Positions 34,907 to 45,763 of a stretch of DNA of 64,000 nt are shown here, one piece after another. A model generated the notes under the pieces. The model saw nothing but the letters and a program-made list of their open reading frames with translations, did no database searches and was not told the origin of the DNA. Positions within the stretch are counted from its first letter, which is position 1; every line of letters begins with the position of its first letter. Source of the DNA: a virus (taxonomy: Duplodnaviria > Heunggongvirae > Uroviricota > Caudoviricetes). The stretch covers positions 34,232 through 98,231 of IMG/VR virus record IMGVR_UViG_3300035655_000051; one strand, written 5' to 3'. The translations under genes were made by a program, and so were the position numbers.

Positions 34907-34974
34907 CTAATGCTCGATATATGCCGGTCTTTCCCGGCTGTCAGTCCCAAGGACAATGGAGGAAAGTAGATAGC

Positions 34975-36477
34975 TTAGATAGCTGCCGCCACAATCTTTG
35001 CGGCTTCCTTAAACACTTTCATATTCTTATCAGAATGTTGGAAAATATCAGGAGTAGCCTTGGGCGGCTTATTATGAGAACGTACATACGCCTTGCGCAT
35101 CCGATCCATCTTTACAGTGCCGATCGTGTCATAGATCTTTGCATAGGTAACCCAATACCCAATCGTCTTATCACCCAGCTTTTTTGCAATGGGTTCAACG
35201 ATCGGAAGTGTGATACTTGGCTTGTAGTAATAGTATTTCTTTTTCTTCTCTTTGACCGCAGGAGCTTCAGCCACCGGCGTTTCAATCGCTGGATCTTCAA
35301 CTTCAACCGCCTGAGCCTCTGCTACAACCTTGATATCATTGCCGCCCGGATTTTCGGGAGACAACACACTCGGAAGATCTTCAACCTTATGCCGTGTAGG
35401 AATCATGCTGGCAGGGATCATCGGCGGATTTCGCTTGCTCACATGCGGCTGCCTCTTTGCTTCCTCGGGATCAAAAAGATCGTTCTCGTAGCGATCCTTG
35501 AGTCGGCAATAGAAACTTGACCGAATATTATCGTTGGCCATCTCCACAATATCAATGAGCGGGATCGAATAAACATCCGAAATATCCTTTTTCTTCGCGT
35601 AGAGCTTTCGTTCTTCGTATACCGACCATCCGAACTCTTTCTCGAAGGTTTTGTACATGCCGTTAAAGATGTCTTTTTGGGGCACACCCTCAATGTGGGA
35701 GATTTTTCTCACCATCTCCTTAACGTCATGTTTCCACGAAGTTTCTGCTGGCTGAATGTAAGTCTTACGCGGAGTATAAGAACCATTCTGATAAGTCGGT
35801 TGCTGGATAGTCATTGCCAGCTGCTTCTTGATCTGTTCAATTGTGGAGATAATGATGTCGCTCTTGCTCACAATGCGTTCTGCCTTCTCAAGGTCTGCTT
35901 TTGTGAAATGAATCAAGTTCTCAAGAGCTTCCCTGTCCTGCCGGCGCTTTTCTTCCATCTCGGCCATCTGAGAACAAAGCTGGTTCTGAGACTGGCGAAG
36001 TTCCTCGATGCCTTGCGTCATGATTTCAAAGCGTGCCTGTCGCCGTGATTTCGCGTCGGTCATCTTCTCTCTGTTCAGAGATACGGTTTCGCCCTGCATC
36101 AGAGCTGTCATCACGTCCCAGCAAAAATCAATGAAGGCGTTCGCTTTGGGCTGGGTGCTGAACCGGCAGATTTCCATAACGCCACGCAAGCTATAACACA
36201 CAACTTCACGCATCTGCGTATGATTCCCGACCTCGACTAACATTTTGTTAGCCGAGCTCAGTTGATCAAGACGAGCCTTGTTACGCTTGTGAATCATGGT
36301 AATTGAAACTACGGGGTCTTTATATTCCAGCGCCGTACCAATCTGCTCCCGAGTCATCCAGAAATCATCCTGCGCCCTGCTGTGACCGACCGCCGGATTC
36401 TCGTAGACCTGAATCTCAAGCTCGCCGAACTTCCTTGTGGTCGCCAGCTGCATTGCTACGTTTTCATTCTCATTCAC
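34975..36477 (-). CDS. Bro-N domain protein (phage antirepressor/BRO family), 500 aa
   Basis: N-terminal FGELEIQVYENPAVGHSRAQDDFWMTREQIGTALEY matches the Bro-N fold signature. Long coiled-coil and Pro/Glu-rich linker. Confidence 0.65.
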   Translation of the reverse strand: MNENENVAMQLATTRKFGELEIQVYENPAVGHSRAQDDFWMTREQIGTALEYKDPVVSITMIHKRNKARLDQLSSANKMLVEVGNHTQMREVVCYSLRGVMEICRFSTQPKANAFIDFCWDVMTALMQGETVSLNREKMTDAKSRRQARFEIMTQGIEELRQSQNQLCSQMAEMEEKRRQDREALENLIHFTKADLEKAERIVSKSDIIISTIEQIKKQLAMTIQQPTYQNGSYTPRKTYIQPAETSWKHDVKEMVRKISHIEGVPQKDIFNGMYKTFEKEFGWSVYEERKLYAKKKDISDVYSIPLIDIVEMANDNIRSSFYCRLKDRYENDLFDPEEAKRQPHVSKRNPPMIPASMIPTRHKVEDLPSVLSPENPGGNDIKVVAEAQAVEVEDPAIETPVAEAPAVKEKKKKYYYYKPSITLPIVEPIAKKLGDKTIGYWVTYAKIYDTIGTVKMDRMRKAYVRSHNKPPKATPDIFQHSDKNMKVFKEAAKIVAAAI

Positions 36478-36492
36478 TTGTTTTTCCTCCCT

Positions 36493-36522
36493 TATGTATA
36501 TTTAAGTCCTGTTTGTGAAATG
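36493..36522 (-). promoter_or_regulatory. conserved promoter-like motif, copy 4 (CATTTCACAAACAGGACTTAAATATACATA)
   Basis: About 25 nt upstream of the RBS GGGAGG / ATG of the Bro-N gene. Confidence 0.4.
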
Positions 36523-36977
36523 ATGATAACACATTTTCTCTGCGTCGTCAATTGTTATTATAAACAGAACTTAAACATACTTTTTGTACTATTTTTGTCG
36601 ACTACCTTATTTATAATAGGCGTTAGGCAGCGCCTCAATTAGCTATGCATAAATCATTGTATATTATTCATCCTTTCTGCATATTTATGCATTATTATTC
36701 ATCGAGATCTAAATGATGTTGTTGCTCTTTTAAGCTCTCAAGAATTGATCTTAAAAAGGTCCCGAAGTTGATCAGTACCCGTCCAACTCGCGTTGATTGA
36801 GTTCAATTGATGAGCTTCTGTCGAACTTTGATGAGTTACTTCGTTGAGTTTCGGGCGTTTTGCAACCAAATCGCCTTGCTCGGCGTTCAGTGGTTCTGGG
36901 TCTGACGTCCGTCGACTCGTTCGGAGGCTGAAGGCAGGCCCCTCCGCCCCGGGATACCTCATCCTACCTTTGCGTAA

Positions 36978-36995
36978 CTGTCGGTCAACCGGCAG
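36978..36995 (+). repeat. hairpin motif copy C (CTGTCGGTCAACCGGCAG), with about 100 nt of flanking similarity to copy A
   Basis: cctttgcgtaactgtcggtcaaccggcag...attcatctcgatgttttta aligns with cctttacgaacctgtcggtcatccggcag...attcatcacgattttttta at 24626-24700. Confidence 0.5.
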
Positions 36996-37262
36996 CCGTA
37001 ACTGAAATACGTATTCATCTCGATGTTTTTACGATAACCTCAACGATGTTTTCCTAAGACGTGTTATCGGACGCGGTCATAATATCACCTCATTTCACAC
37101 CTTCGACCGTCTATGTAATTCTTGTTTTTTCGTTTCGCACGCTCTCCGTGACGGCTAGGAAGCCCCGCAACGGCTTTTCTGTGCTTCGTAATGAAATTCC
37201 ATTACAACGCATCAAAACCGCGTATAGTGCCATCTATGCCGTTCTGGCGACGTGTGCCGGCA

Positions 37263-37622
37263 TCAACTGCGTTCCGCGACATCTTTATCTGCCCACATCG
37301 AAACATAAAACACAGCTTCACCGAGATCCGACTTAAGATACCCCTCCAAGCCGCCAATAGTGTTTTTAATCTCGAAGGTCACCTTGTCGCCATTGATCTC
37401 GAACAGATGACCATCTCGCTTACGCTTGTTACGACAAGTGATAAAGTCCTCACCAGCCGCACCCTGCTCAAGCTTGACCCACTTGGTAGGAACCCGAATC
37501 AGAACGAACGACGAATCGTCACCGCTCCGAATCGAGAACTGATCGTACTGTTGGACAAGCCCGACGAACTTATCGAGGGTGAATTCATATCGACCGGGCT
37601 CAAAATTAGTCATATTGGTCAT
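37263..37622 (-). CDS. hypothetical protein (119 aa) with long purine-rich 5' leader
   Basis: ORF preceded on its own strand by RBS GGGAAGGAGAAAAC and an about 170-nt polypurine tract. Confidence 0.55.
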   Translation of the reverse strand: MTNMTNFEPGRYEFTLDKFVGLVQQYDQFSIRSGDDSSFVLIRVPTKWVKLEQGAAGEDFITCRNKRKRDGHLFEINGDKVTFEIKNTIGGLEGYLKSDLGEAVFYVSMWADKDVAERS

Positions 37623-37905
37623 AAAAGTTTTCTCCTTCCCTGCTTTCTTCTCCGCTGCTTCTTCGCTTTCGCTTCCTTCTCTCCGTTCTCCCTGATGGTT
37701 CTTTTTCCCTTAACAATCCTTTTAACTCCTATAATCCTCTTACTACACAACCATCACTATCACATCATCATCACTACATCAAACATCCTATTCTTTTTCT
37801 AAATTTTTTCGCCGTCACTCGCTCATCGCTCGCCACGGCTTCAAATCAGAGACGCTTCGCGATTGGACTTTGCCCAAACCCATTCGTTATTTCGTTTCTG
37901 ATTTT

Positions 37906-37940
37906 TTGAATTGTGAATTGAATGATTGAATAATTGAATA
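37906..37940. repeat. five closely spaced TTGAAT/GTGAAT repeats
   Basis: ttgaattgtgaattgaatgattgaataattgaata in a 480-nt ORF-free intergenic region; operator-like. Confidence 0.4.
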
Positions 37941-38105
37941 AATATACATTTCGTTGCATATTGACCAATTCGCCCAAACTGATCAAAATATATAGCTCTT
38001 CAGCTTCTATTATACAACAGTATGATGTTACAGTCAAGTGAATCTGCGTAGCTTTTTGAAGATTTTACAACTGTATAGGGTGAATTAAGTAACACTTAAA
38101 GAAGT

Positions 38106-38525
38106 TTAACTAATGCGAATCAGCCCTGCTCCAACACCCATTTTCACGCCGATTGAACCAAACTCGGAAAATTCTGGTGTATTGTAATTGACAGCATAGA
38201 TACAAGGACACATATTTTCAATGTCGCCCCAATCCCACGGCCATTCATCTTTCTCGTCGCTGACATAAAGCAGATTGTCAATGACGCCGAGCTCCTGATG
38301 GAATGACCGGATCACACTGTAAACAAGTCCGCCGTACTCTTCTTCAAATTCGTGGACGGCCGCTTTCTGTTGATCGTTCAGAGCGTAAAATGCACCCCAA
38401 GGCGGCTCACTGGACAGTGGAGTACCATTCTTCTCAAACAGTTTGACCGTATCAGAAAAGAATCCAAACGCTTTCATTCGCTTGATAGCTTCGGCACGCT
38501 TCTCTTCGATTGATACTTTCATCAC
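38106..38525 (-). CDS. hypothetical protein (139 aa)
   Basis: Protein-like ORF. Confidence 0.5.
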   Translation of the reverse strand: MMKVSIEEKRAEAIKRMKAFGFFSDTVKLFEKNGTPLSSEPPWGAFYALNDQQKAAVHEFEEEYGGLVYSVIRSFHQELGVIDNLLYVSDEKDEWPWDWGDIENMCPCIYAVNYNTPEFSEFGSIGVKMGVGAGLIRIS

Positions 38526-38528
38526 TTA

Positions 38529-38822
38529 TCACCTCCCACAATAGAGAGTCGGCGCTCCCTCAGAAATCACTTCGATCGTTTTGATTGAGCCCGGCGAAAA
38601 ACTCCGCCCACGAAGCTCTTCCAGCTTCGACAGGAAATCGAGAAGCGTATGCCAGCTAGTTGGCTTGTACCTCTGTTTTGCTCCTACACTCAGAGTTGCT
38701 TGAAGTTCGCCAACGATATAATCATCAAGGAAGTCCAGTCGAGCACCCGCCTCGCCGTCTTCCCAGCGACTTGTTTCGCTATTCCACTTAGCGACGTCAT
38801 ATGTAACTTCGATCGATTTCAT
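38529..38822 (-). CDS. hypothetical protein (97 aa)
   Basis: Protein-like ORF. Confidence 0.45.
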   Translation of the reverse strand: MKSIEVTYDVAKWNSETSRWEDGEAGARLDFLDDYIVGELQATLSVGAKQRYKPTSWHTLLDFLSKLEELRGRSFSPGSIKTIEVISEGAPTLYCGR

Positions 38823-39190
38823 TATACTTCACCCCTTTCAATCAACATTCTCGCCGCTTCTTTCAGGATGCAGACGCCCTGTGCACAACTCGCCACATCG
38901 ATATCGTTTTGTTTATACAGCATCCAAATCCCGCCAAAGAAACATATCGGGTCGCCAGCAGTATAACCAGCTGCATTCTGCCATAAACCCAGACCAGTAT
39001 TATTGAACAGCTTGTCCTTCTTGTAGGCTCGCCGCAGCTCTTTCAGTGAAATAGGAATGTACTGTTTGACCTTATCCAGACCGCCCAGATAGTCGATATA
39101 ACGAGCATAAATTTCACGATGATCGAGTTCTCTGCCAGTCCGCTTATCGATAGTATTGCAAACGATGCCGCATGCCTGTTCGAGTGTCAC
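38822..39190 (-). CDS. hypothetical protein (122 aa)
   Basis: Protein-like ORF with overlapping stop/start. Confidence 0.5.
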   Translation of the reverse strand: MTLEQACGIVCNTIDKRTGRELDHREIYARYIDYLGGLDKVKQYIPISLKELRRAYKKDKLFNNTGLGLWQNAAGYTAGDPICFFGGIWMLYKQNDIDVASCAQGVCILKEAARMLIERGEV

Positions 39191-39204
39191 AACTGCGTCC
39201 CTCC

Positions 39205-39579
39205 TTACTTGTTAGACTTGCATTGATATTTTCGCTCGATCATTTCGGCTTCCACCAAAGTCATGCCGTGCTTCCACCGAATATCAACAACGGATTCAAC
39301 CCAGTTCCCGGTCTTACGATTTTTTACGACACGAACTTCCTCAACATCTTTGTGAATCTGTGTGCCGGGTTTCGGGAGATAAGTCAAAACAGTTTCTTCA
39401 GAATGTTCCAAATCGTAAGAGCCAACAAATGTACAATCACGTTTGATCAGATCAAAGATCTTTTTGCGGTTCTGTTTAGATAGGTTTCTCACGACTGCGT
39501 CACCTCCCCTGGCACTTTCATAATCGACCAGCTTTTGAATTCTTTTAACGTTTTGATTCTTGCAGAATATGTGTGACAA
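39205..39579 (-). CDS. hypothetical protein (124 aa)
   Basis: Protein-like ORF. Confidence 0.45.
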   Translation of the reverse strand: MSHIFCKNQNVKRIQKLVDYESARGGDAVVRNLSKQNRKKIFDLIKRDCTFVGSYDLEHSEETVLTYLPKPGTQIHKDVEEVRVVKNRKTGNWVESVVDIRWKHGMTLVEAEMIERKYQCKSNK

Positions 39580-39770
39580 ATAGACAGCGGCTTATCATTG
39601 AGATTAGATCCGCAATCCATCCAAAGATCATTTGCTTCTTTCAAATCGTGGTCAAAATCGGCATTCATAATTTTCTGAAGCTCTTCCACATTGTTTGATA
39701 CATGGATATTGCCAACGTATGCAGAAACATTATTGGCCACAATTTCAGTCAAGACAAACATATCTTACTC

Positions 39771-40106
39771 CTACTCTTCGAGTGTGATATCATCGTGGCC
39801 AGCATCTTCAAGCGGTTCATCCGATGCCAGCGCAATGATCTCGTCAATGTTGTTTTCGATCAGATATTTGACATCTTCCAGTCGCTGATCCAGAATTTCT
39901 TTCATCTGGGTTCTGACTGCTGTTTCGCCGATATATGCGTAGTTGCATTTCAGAGCCAGAATCAGATCATCAAACGTGACGGGATCAAGAATTGTATCGC
40001 TGGGAATCATGTCCTTACCGAGTTTCCAACGTCCTGCATCACTCATATAATGTCTCCTTATAAAAATCCAAGAGTTCGGAAAGCTCTTGTTCGTATAATT
40101 GATCAT
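39771..40106 (-). CDS. hypothetical acidic protein (111 aa)
   Basis: Protein-like ORF. Confidence 0.45.
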   Translation of the reverse strand: MINYTNKSFPNSWIFIRRHYMSDAGRWKLGKDMIPSDTILDPVTFDDLILALKCNYAYIGETAVRTQMKEILDQRLEDVKYLIENNIDEIIALASDEPLEDAGHDDITLEE

Positions 40107-40267
40107 AATATTGATCTAAATATTTCTGTTCATAATCTCGAATTTCATTTTCGAGGTTTTGCTTTTCTTCTTTGAGTCTTTGTTTTTCTTCAAAGAAATC
40201 ATCGATTCCTTCTTCGATAGGATTATCTCTTAATGGTTTCATTAGGGACCCCTTACACGCTACGGCG

Positions 40268-40606
40268 TTAAAACCTCCTGAACTTTACGAACTTGCCGTT
40301 GCTATCGTAGCATGGCGAATAACAGTTGATTTTCTTGAGTTCTCCCTTGCATGCATTGACAAAAGTATATACGAAAATGGGTTCGCCCTGAACAATAATT
40401 GCATCAATACTATCCGTTCCAAATTGGTGCATAATATTCTGTTCGGTTTCTACCGCCATACCCTGAACGTAAATCGTATTGTCCTGCGGAAGAATCGTGG
40501 GTAACTCATAGCCACGAATGACACCATCGGTACACATCCTACAAGCCGCTTTGAGCTGTTCCGGCGACCAGTTCATAATGGGAAGTTCCGTCATATTGAT
40601 AACCAT
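40268..40606 (-). CDS. hypothetical protein (112 aa)
   Basis: Protein-like ORF. Confidence 0.45.
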   Translation of the reverse strand: MVINMTELPIMNWSPEQLKAACRMCTDGVIRGYELPTILPQDNTIYVQGMAVETEQNIMHQFGTDSIDAIIVQGEPIFVYTFVNACKGELKKINCYSPCYDSNGKFVKFRRF

Positions 40607-40834
40607 ATTTATATCTCCTTCAATAATGGAAGAACGTATTCACGCTGCGAGCTTTAGAATCATTGTGCATCGCATTGGCAGCCCACCGTCGCGCCTCGTC
40701 ATAGCTTGCAAATTCACGACAGATCGTTTTGAATGGTTGGAATCCAAAAGAGTCACGATACAGAACGATATCATACTTGCGGAGTGTGTCGCTGTATGCG
40801 CCGCCGGATACATCGTTCATACTGCATGCGCTGC

Positions 40835-41251
40835 TCATACTGCGCCGCCTTCTTTTAACGGATATTCTTCAATGAACATGTTCTGCCGAAGCACTGCATA
40901 ACCATCGTCGGAACTGTTGAACTTCCACAGGTCAGTCAGATAAGCGCCGAGGACACAAAACTCCACACCCGGCTTGAACGCCTTGATTTCGATCCAGATA
41001 TCGAGGTTGCCGCTGCCATTGAAATAATCGTCGTTTGCCCGCTCATTCTTTGCGAGCAGAATCTGACCAGAATAAACATGACAAGAACTATCAAGACCAA
41101 CAGCACCAAGCATCATCTTGTGATAGTCTTCAACATATTCGTCGAAAATGGCTCGATTCATAGCCCCGAGCTTTTCGCCCTCTGCGATAGTGAGAATGTT
41201 CTTCATATCATCAGAAATAATTGCGGTCATATTGCGTAGCGCTCCTTTCAT
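40835..41251 (-). CDS. hypothetical protein (138 aa)
   Basis: Protein-like ORF. Confidence 0.5.
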   Translation of the reverse strand: MKGALRNMTAIISDDMKNILTIAEGEKLGAMNRAIFDEYVEDYHKMMLGAVGLDSSCHVYSGQILLAKNERANDDYFNGSGNLDIWIEIKAFKPGVEFCVLGAYLTDLWKFNSSDDGYAVLRQNMFIEEYPLKEGGAV

Positions 41252-41628
41252 TTCACTTCTCTTGATTCAATCTGGATATAGCGTTCGAGCTCATCACCGC
41301 TCCAGTTTTTCCAACGATAACGAAGATTGCCATCAAATTCAACGTCATAACACTCTGGGTCTGCACTCACCGATTTTGCCATTTCGGCCAACGTTTTCAT
41401 AGCACGCTCACGACTGCCATAAACATCCCCATTGTAATGATTGAACATCACCCACGGTTGTCCCTTGACTCGTTTGGAATAGGAATTATCTAAGATAAAC
41501 ACCATCATTGTTTTGCCATCCTCCTTTTTTACCCGCTGCGTTCTCTGCGGATTATACATAACAGCGCTCATACCATGTAGAAGTAAGAATGCTTGATTTC
41601 GGGAGTGTATTTGTCCTGAGTGACACAC
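41248..41628 (-). CDS. hypothetical protein (about 126 aa)
   Basis: Protein-like ORF. Confidence 0.45.
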   Translation of the reverse strand: MCHSGQIHSRNQAFLLLHGMSAVMYNPQRTQRVKKEDGKTMMVFILDNSYSKRVKGQPWVMFNHYNGDVYGSRERAMKTLAEMAKSVSADPECYDVEFDGNLRYRWKNWSGDELERYIQIESREVK

Positions 41629-42539
41629 TCCAAACCAATGATATGCTTGTTGCTTTGTAGGAGCGCCTTCTGACCCGGCGACAAGATACAGTCAAGCAGC
41701 ACTCGCATTGCAGGCTTACCACCCTTCAAGATAACATCCTGATACTCGATCACGTGGCTTTTGATCCTTGGCGGGAGGGATTCAATCAACTTCGCGGTGT
41801 TCATGTTAATTTCCTCTTTTCTTTCTGCGTGTGTATCTTATTGTATTGGATGTGGTTACGTCTGCCCCGGTACCACCAGTCGCCCGGTTTCTGAAAGCTT
41901 CTTTACATACGTTTAACTTGTCCGTTCGAGAATCACCCAGACCCGCATTATAGCGAACCTTATGGGTCGATTACGTCTATTTGCGACTACCGCTAAACTC
42001 GTATGTATGATGCGAACTTATGCTCGGATGCGTCGAGCACATTGCAACGTCATTCTATTTAATTTGAAAATTTCAGTTAGATGTTAAAACAGTTTGTATC
42101 GCCATCCCATGAAAATTTTCTCATTGAAGTAAGACGCGACCCTTGCACCAAATGCTGCGCCCACCGATTGCGGGCTAAAAATTTTACAATTCAAGCTATA
42201 AACCCTCCTTTCGTTTAGTTTCGCTCACTTCAAGTAACACCCTCTAGTTTACTTTTATCATTGATTTATCAGCGTGGCCTTTGCGTCAAAATCAAATCAA
42301 ATTTCACTAAAGCGGTGGAGCGCCCTTCTGTTTATGCAACCGCTTCGATCGTGACGCTATGTGCCCCACTTGCGATTGCATTTCTGGGCTTGGGACCAGT
42401 ACCAGTTCTGCAGAACCAGTAGCCGCATTAAACCCCGGCAGCACAGCTGTTGCACTACCGGAGTTCCCTCTGCGAATATTTTTTGTTATGATATCATCCG
42501 CGACTGTGTTATGTATATAGGGAATTTCTGGGAATTGCT

Positions 42540-42965
42540 TTACTTGTTCGCCGCAGCCGCATCGTTCTTTTTCGGAACCGGCAACTTAAATCGAACCAAG
42601 ATTGTGGTCGGCCGAACGCTAGAATTAGTCGACAGATGGCTCTTATATGACCGTCTGTCCTTCAAACGAGAAATCACTTCTTTCTGTGCGTCCTTAGACA
42701 AAGGTTCCGGTTTCGACACTGCTTCTGCCGACTTGATATTAGCATCAAAATTCGCCACACGGAAACAGCCCTGCCGATGTGTTTGGGTTTGCTTGATTTC
42801 AACAGGCTCCAAATAATTTCTGTTCAGATTCATCTTGACGACTTCTTTTTCAGTGAACAGCTCGTCGGCAATGTAGATAGACCATGCTTCTTCGTTTGCC
42901 TTACGCCCTTTGCCGCGATACATGGGTTTGTTGTTGGCACTCCTCTTGGTACGATAGTAAAGCAT
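42540..42965 (-). CDS. hypothetical basic protein (141 aa)
   Basis: Protein-like ORF after a 730-nt ORF-free spacer. Confidence 0.5.
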   Translation of the reverse strand: MLYYRTKRSANNKPMYRGKGRKANEEAWSIYIADELFTEKEVVKMNLNRNYLEPVEIKQTQTHRQGCFRVANFDANIKSAEAVSKPEPLSKDAQKEVISRLKDRRSYKSHLSTNSSVRPTTILVRFKLPVPKKNDAAAANK

Positions 42966-43010
42966 TTTTGTTACCTCTCTCTTTTTATTGAATTGTGTGT
43001 AGCAGCGCTC

Positions 43011-43289
43011 TTAAATGAATGCTGCCGCTTTATTTATCGCAACAGCAACAATCACAATCACTGCTGTGCTATACAAAACGAATTCGAACGGACCATCTTG
43101 ATAGACAGATACGATACCGCTCACTAAATTTTTTACCGCACGATACAAGCCCCGACAAATTCGATTGAATCGCGGGAATGCATCTAGGTAATAAAACCCA
43201 CGACAAATCTGAATCCCAGCATATGGAACAACAAAGATTCCAACTGTGACCCAGATGGCGTGGCTACAAAGCTCTTGCCATTCAAGCAT
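43011..43289 (-). CDS. small membrane protein (92 aa)
   Basis: Two hydrophobic segments. Confidence 0.45.
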   Translation of the reverse strand: MLEWQELCSHAIWVTVGIFVVPYAGIQICRGFYYLDAFPRFNRICRGLYRAVKNLVSGIVSVYQDGPFEFVLYSTAVIVIVAVAINKAAAFI

Positions 43290-43910
43290 TTTCTGATCTC
43301 CTTAGATTCAGATTCTGATGAAATCGTCGATATAGTGGCGCTGCCCACCCAGATTGAAGTACGGACGCCCACTTGACGTATATTTGACTTGGCGTGTCCC
43401 ACAGTCCTCGATCGTATCGCCGTTGTTGATACCTACATGAATGCGCTCATCGTCACATTCGTAGATTTCATAACCGCCGAAATTCGAAATAGGATACACT
43501 ACGATTGCTTTAGGCGAGCTGGGTTGCTTTGCGACAGTAATTGGCTCGACTGTGAATTGTTCCACCATAGTTGGCACCTCCGTTGTATCTGCGGTCGTAA
43601 TTCATTCGAGCTCTCTTGCCGAACATCTTTCGACTGCTGCGTGTCATATCGTGATCGCCATGTACAATGAAGCCGTGACAGTTTGTGATAGTCGCCACCA
43701 GACGGCAGTTCGATTCAATACGCCGCCACATCACTTTCTTTGGCAACGAATCATACGAATGCTCGGCCGGAAATCCCATTCTTGCTCGCCGAAAAAAATC
43801 AGGCGTGAGTTCGTGGTCGTTAATTTTGACAATCCGAATGATTTTGATATCCTCATTCAGAACTACACCATAGAGGTCGCCCGTCATGGTTTCATAGATT
43901 TCGCTGACGA

Positions 43911-44246
43911 TCATACGACTGCGCCCCTTTCAATCATGCTTGCAAACAACTTGCGACCTGCTTTGCCCATATCTTCGGGATACAGAATCGGCTCACGACC
44001 ATTGATCTCGGCGATGATTTCTGCACCCATAATGTCGAGTTCGGCAAGAAATGCGGTCATGCTCAACCCGCCGTAATTTTCGGGGTTATACTCATCAGCA
44101 AACGGCCAGCCACTGTCGCAGGAGTCCATCACAGATTCGATACTTTCATCGCCACGTAGATGCACAACATTGATGAGATCGTCGCGATAGTAGACAAACA
44201 CAAAGATATCCCCCACATTGTCCTCGTAAAAGTAGTTGAAATACAT
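43911..44246 (-). CDS. hypothetical acidic protein (111 aa)
   Basis: Protein-like ORF. Confidence 0.45.
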   Translation of the reverse strand: MYFNYFYEDNVGDIFVFVYYRDDLINVVHLRGDESIESVMDSCDSGWPFADEYNPENYGGLSMTAFLAELDIMGAEIIAEINGREPILYPEDMGKAGRKLFASMIERGAVV

Positions 44247-44257
44247 CGCAACGCCTC

Positions 44258-44749
44258 TCAGTCTCGCTCGTATGCTTTTACGACGGTGTTCTTGTGGGTC
44301 ATGGTCATACGAGAAAGATTCGACTGAGCAACTCCCCTATCCAGCATCCGGATTGTTTCGTATGCCTTGCGGGCGATGTCCTCATGAGAGAATCGGGATA
44401 CGGTTTCGCTGCCATCCTTGTATCGGATTGCGACAGTCCACTTAGTACCGTCATCCACGATACGTCCGGCAGTGGGGCGCTCCTGCTGTGACGTTTTCTC
44501 CTGCTGTGCCTGCTGTGCTCTTGCGGCCTGCTCCTGCTTGCGCTGCTTTTCAGCCTCGGCACGGAGACGCTTTTCTTCTGCATCAATCATGACGCCGATT
44601 TCTTTGACGTCATTCATGACTTTGTTCGCCATTTCACGTGCCATCTCGCCAGTCTTTTCGCCAGTGAACTTGTCGGCAAGCCCATCATAAAGCCACCACT
44701 TGTCCATAGCGGCTGCCTGTGCATACTGAAGTACTTTCAATTGATTCAT
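44258..44749 (-). CDS. hypothetical protein with Gln/Ala/Glu-rich coiled-coil (163 aa)
   Basis: Low-complexity RAEAEKQRKQEQAARAQQAQQEK segment. Confidence 0.5.
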   Translation of the reverse strand: MNQLKVLQYAQAAAMDKWWLYDGLADKFTGEKTGEMAREMANKVMNDVKEIGVMIDAEEKRLRAEAEKQRKQEQAARAQQAQQEKTSQQERPTAGRIVDDGTKWTVAIRYKDGSETVSRFSHEDIARKAYETIRMLDRGVAQSNLSRMTMTHKNTVVKAYERD

Positions 44750-44885
44750 AATAGATTACCTCTCTTCTTTCTGGGACGTGCGATAGTCTCTTACAAGCCG
44801 TTCGTAGTCGTCAATATTGGAACGCCAGCCGCCTTCGTACAGAGCGGCCGCAATAGACAGCATATCAAATTTCATAGAATCCATT

Positions 44886-45440
44886 TCAGTCTACCTCGTC
44901 TTCGCTCCACAAGATGTCATCGATAGAATCATCTGAGAATTTGTCAGGTGTGCCGTTGCTATTCATAATGAGGACAACGTGCTCTCCCTTCTGTTTGGGG
45001 CAAAATCCGTTCCAGAACCATAAAGATCCGTAAGAATCTCGCACCCAGCAGCTGAGGCAGTTCGTGTTATCAGTCGCAATCCATCCATCAACAACGTAGT
45101 AGCCAAAGGGGCCAACGATGTCGCTTTCATAGTCACGCCACATAGGAGACACGGCAATGAGAACATCGTCGTAGATATTGTCTGGGGTTCCCACGTCTGA
45201 CATAGTCATCTCGACGTACTGCCCGACAACGTAGTCACAAACGTCGGCGGTGAAACACCACAACTCGCCAGCATCATCGAGTACTTGGTACTCGCCGGCG
45301 CTTTCGCTCCAGATCGTGCCGGATTGGACATAGGTCGTGGGCTCTGCCGCCTTGACAGGCATTGTGAAGATTGTGGCTGCGAGCATGACGCTTGCGATAA
45401 CGACCGCCATACCCCGAACGGATTCCGAAATTGATTTCAT
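44886..45440 (-). CDS. secreted protein (signal peptide), 184 aa
   Basis: N-terminal signal MKSISESVRGMAVVIASVMLAATIFTMPVKAAEP. Confidence 0.5.
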   Translation of the reverse strand: MKSISESVRGMAVVIASVMLAATIFTMPVKAAEPTTYVQSGTIWSESAGEYQVLDDAGELWCFTADVCDYVVGQYVEMTMSDVGTPDNIYDDVLIAVSPMWRDYESDIVGPFGYYVVDGWIATDNTNCLSCWVRDSYGSLWFWNGFCPKQKGEHVVLIMNSNGTPDKFSDDSIDDILWSEDEVD

Positions 45441-45763
45441 GATGATACTTCCTTTCTGTGTGCTCTGCGAGGGACGCTGTTAGTGGGGACGCCGCTGGTG
45501 GAATAGCTCTTTGATTGCGAGCTGAATCGATACGGCGAATCCGATACCGACAACGATACCGCAGAAGAAAATCGTTTCGCTGCTGAAGTAGTCCATAATA
45601 ATGCTCCTTTCGTTATGCCCAGCACTTAGCATGGCTTTCATAGTGGACACCCGCTTCTTCAAGGGCTTCGGTGTAAATCTCCGCAAGCTCTTTGTCGCCA
45701 AACATAATCGCGACATCGAGGGCGGATTCGATTGCGATAATAGTCATGATGTTACACCTCTTT

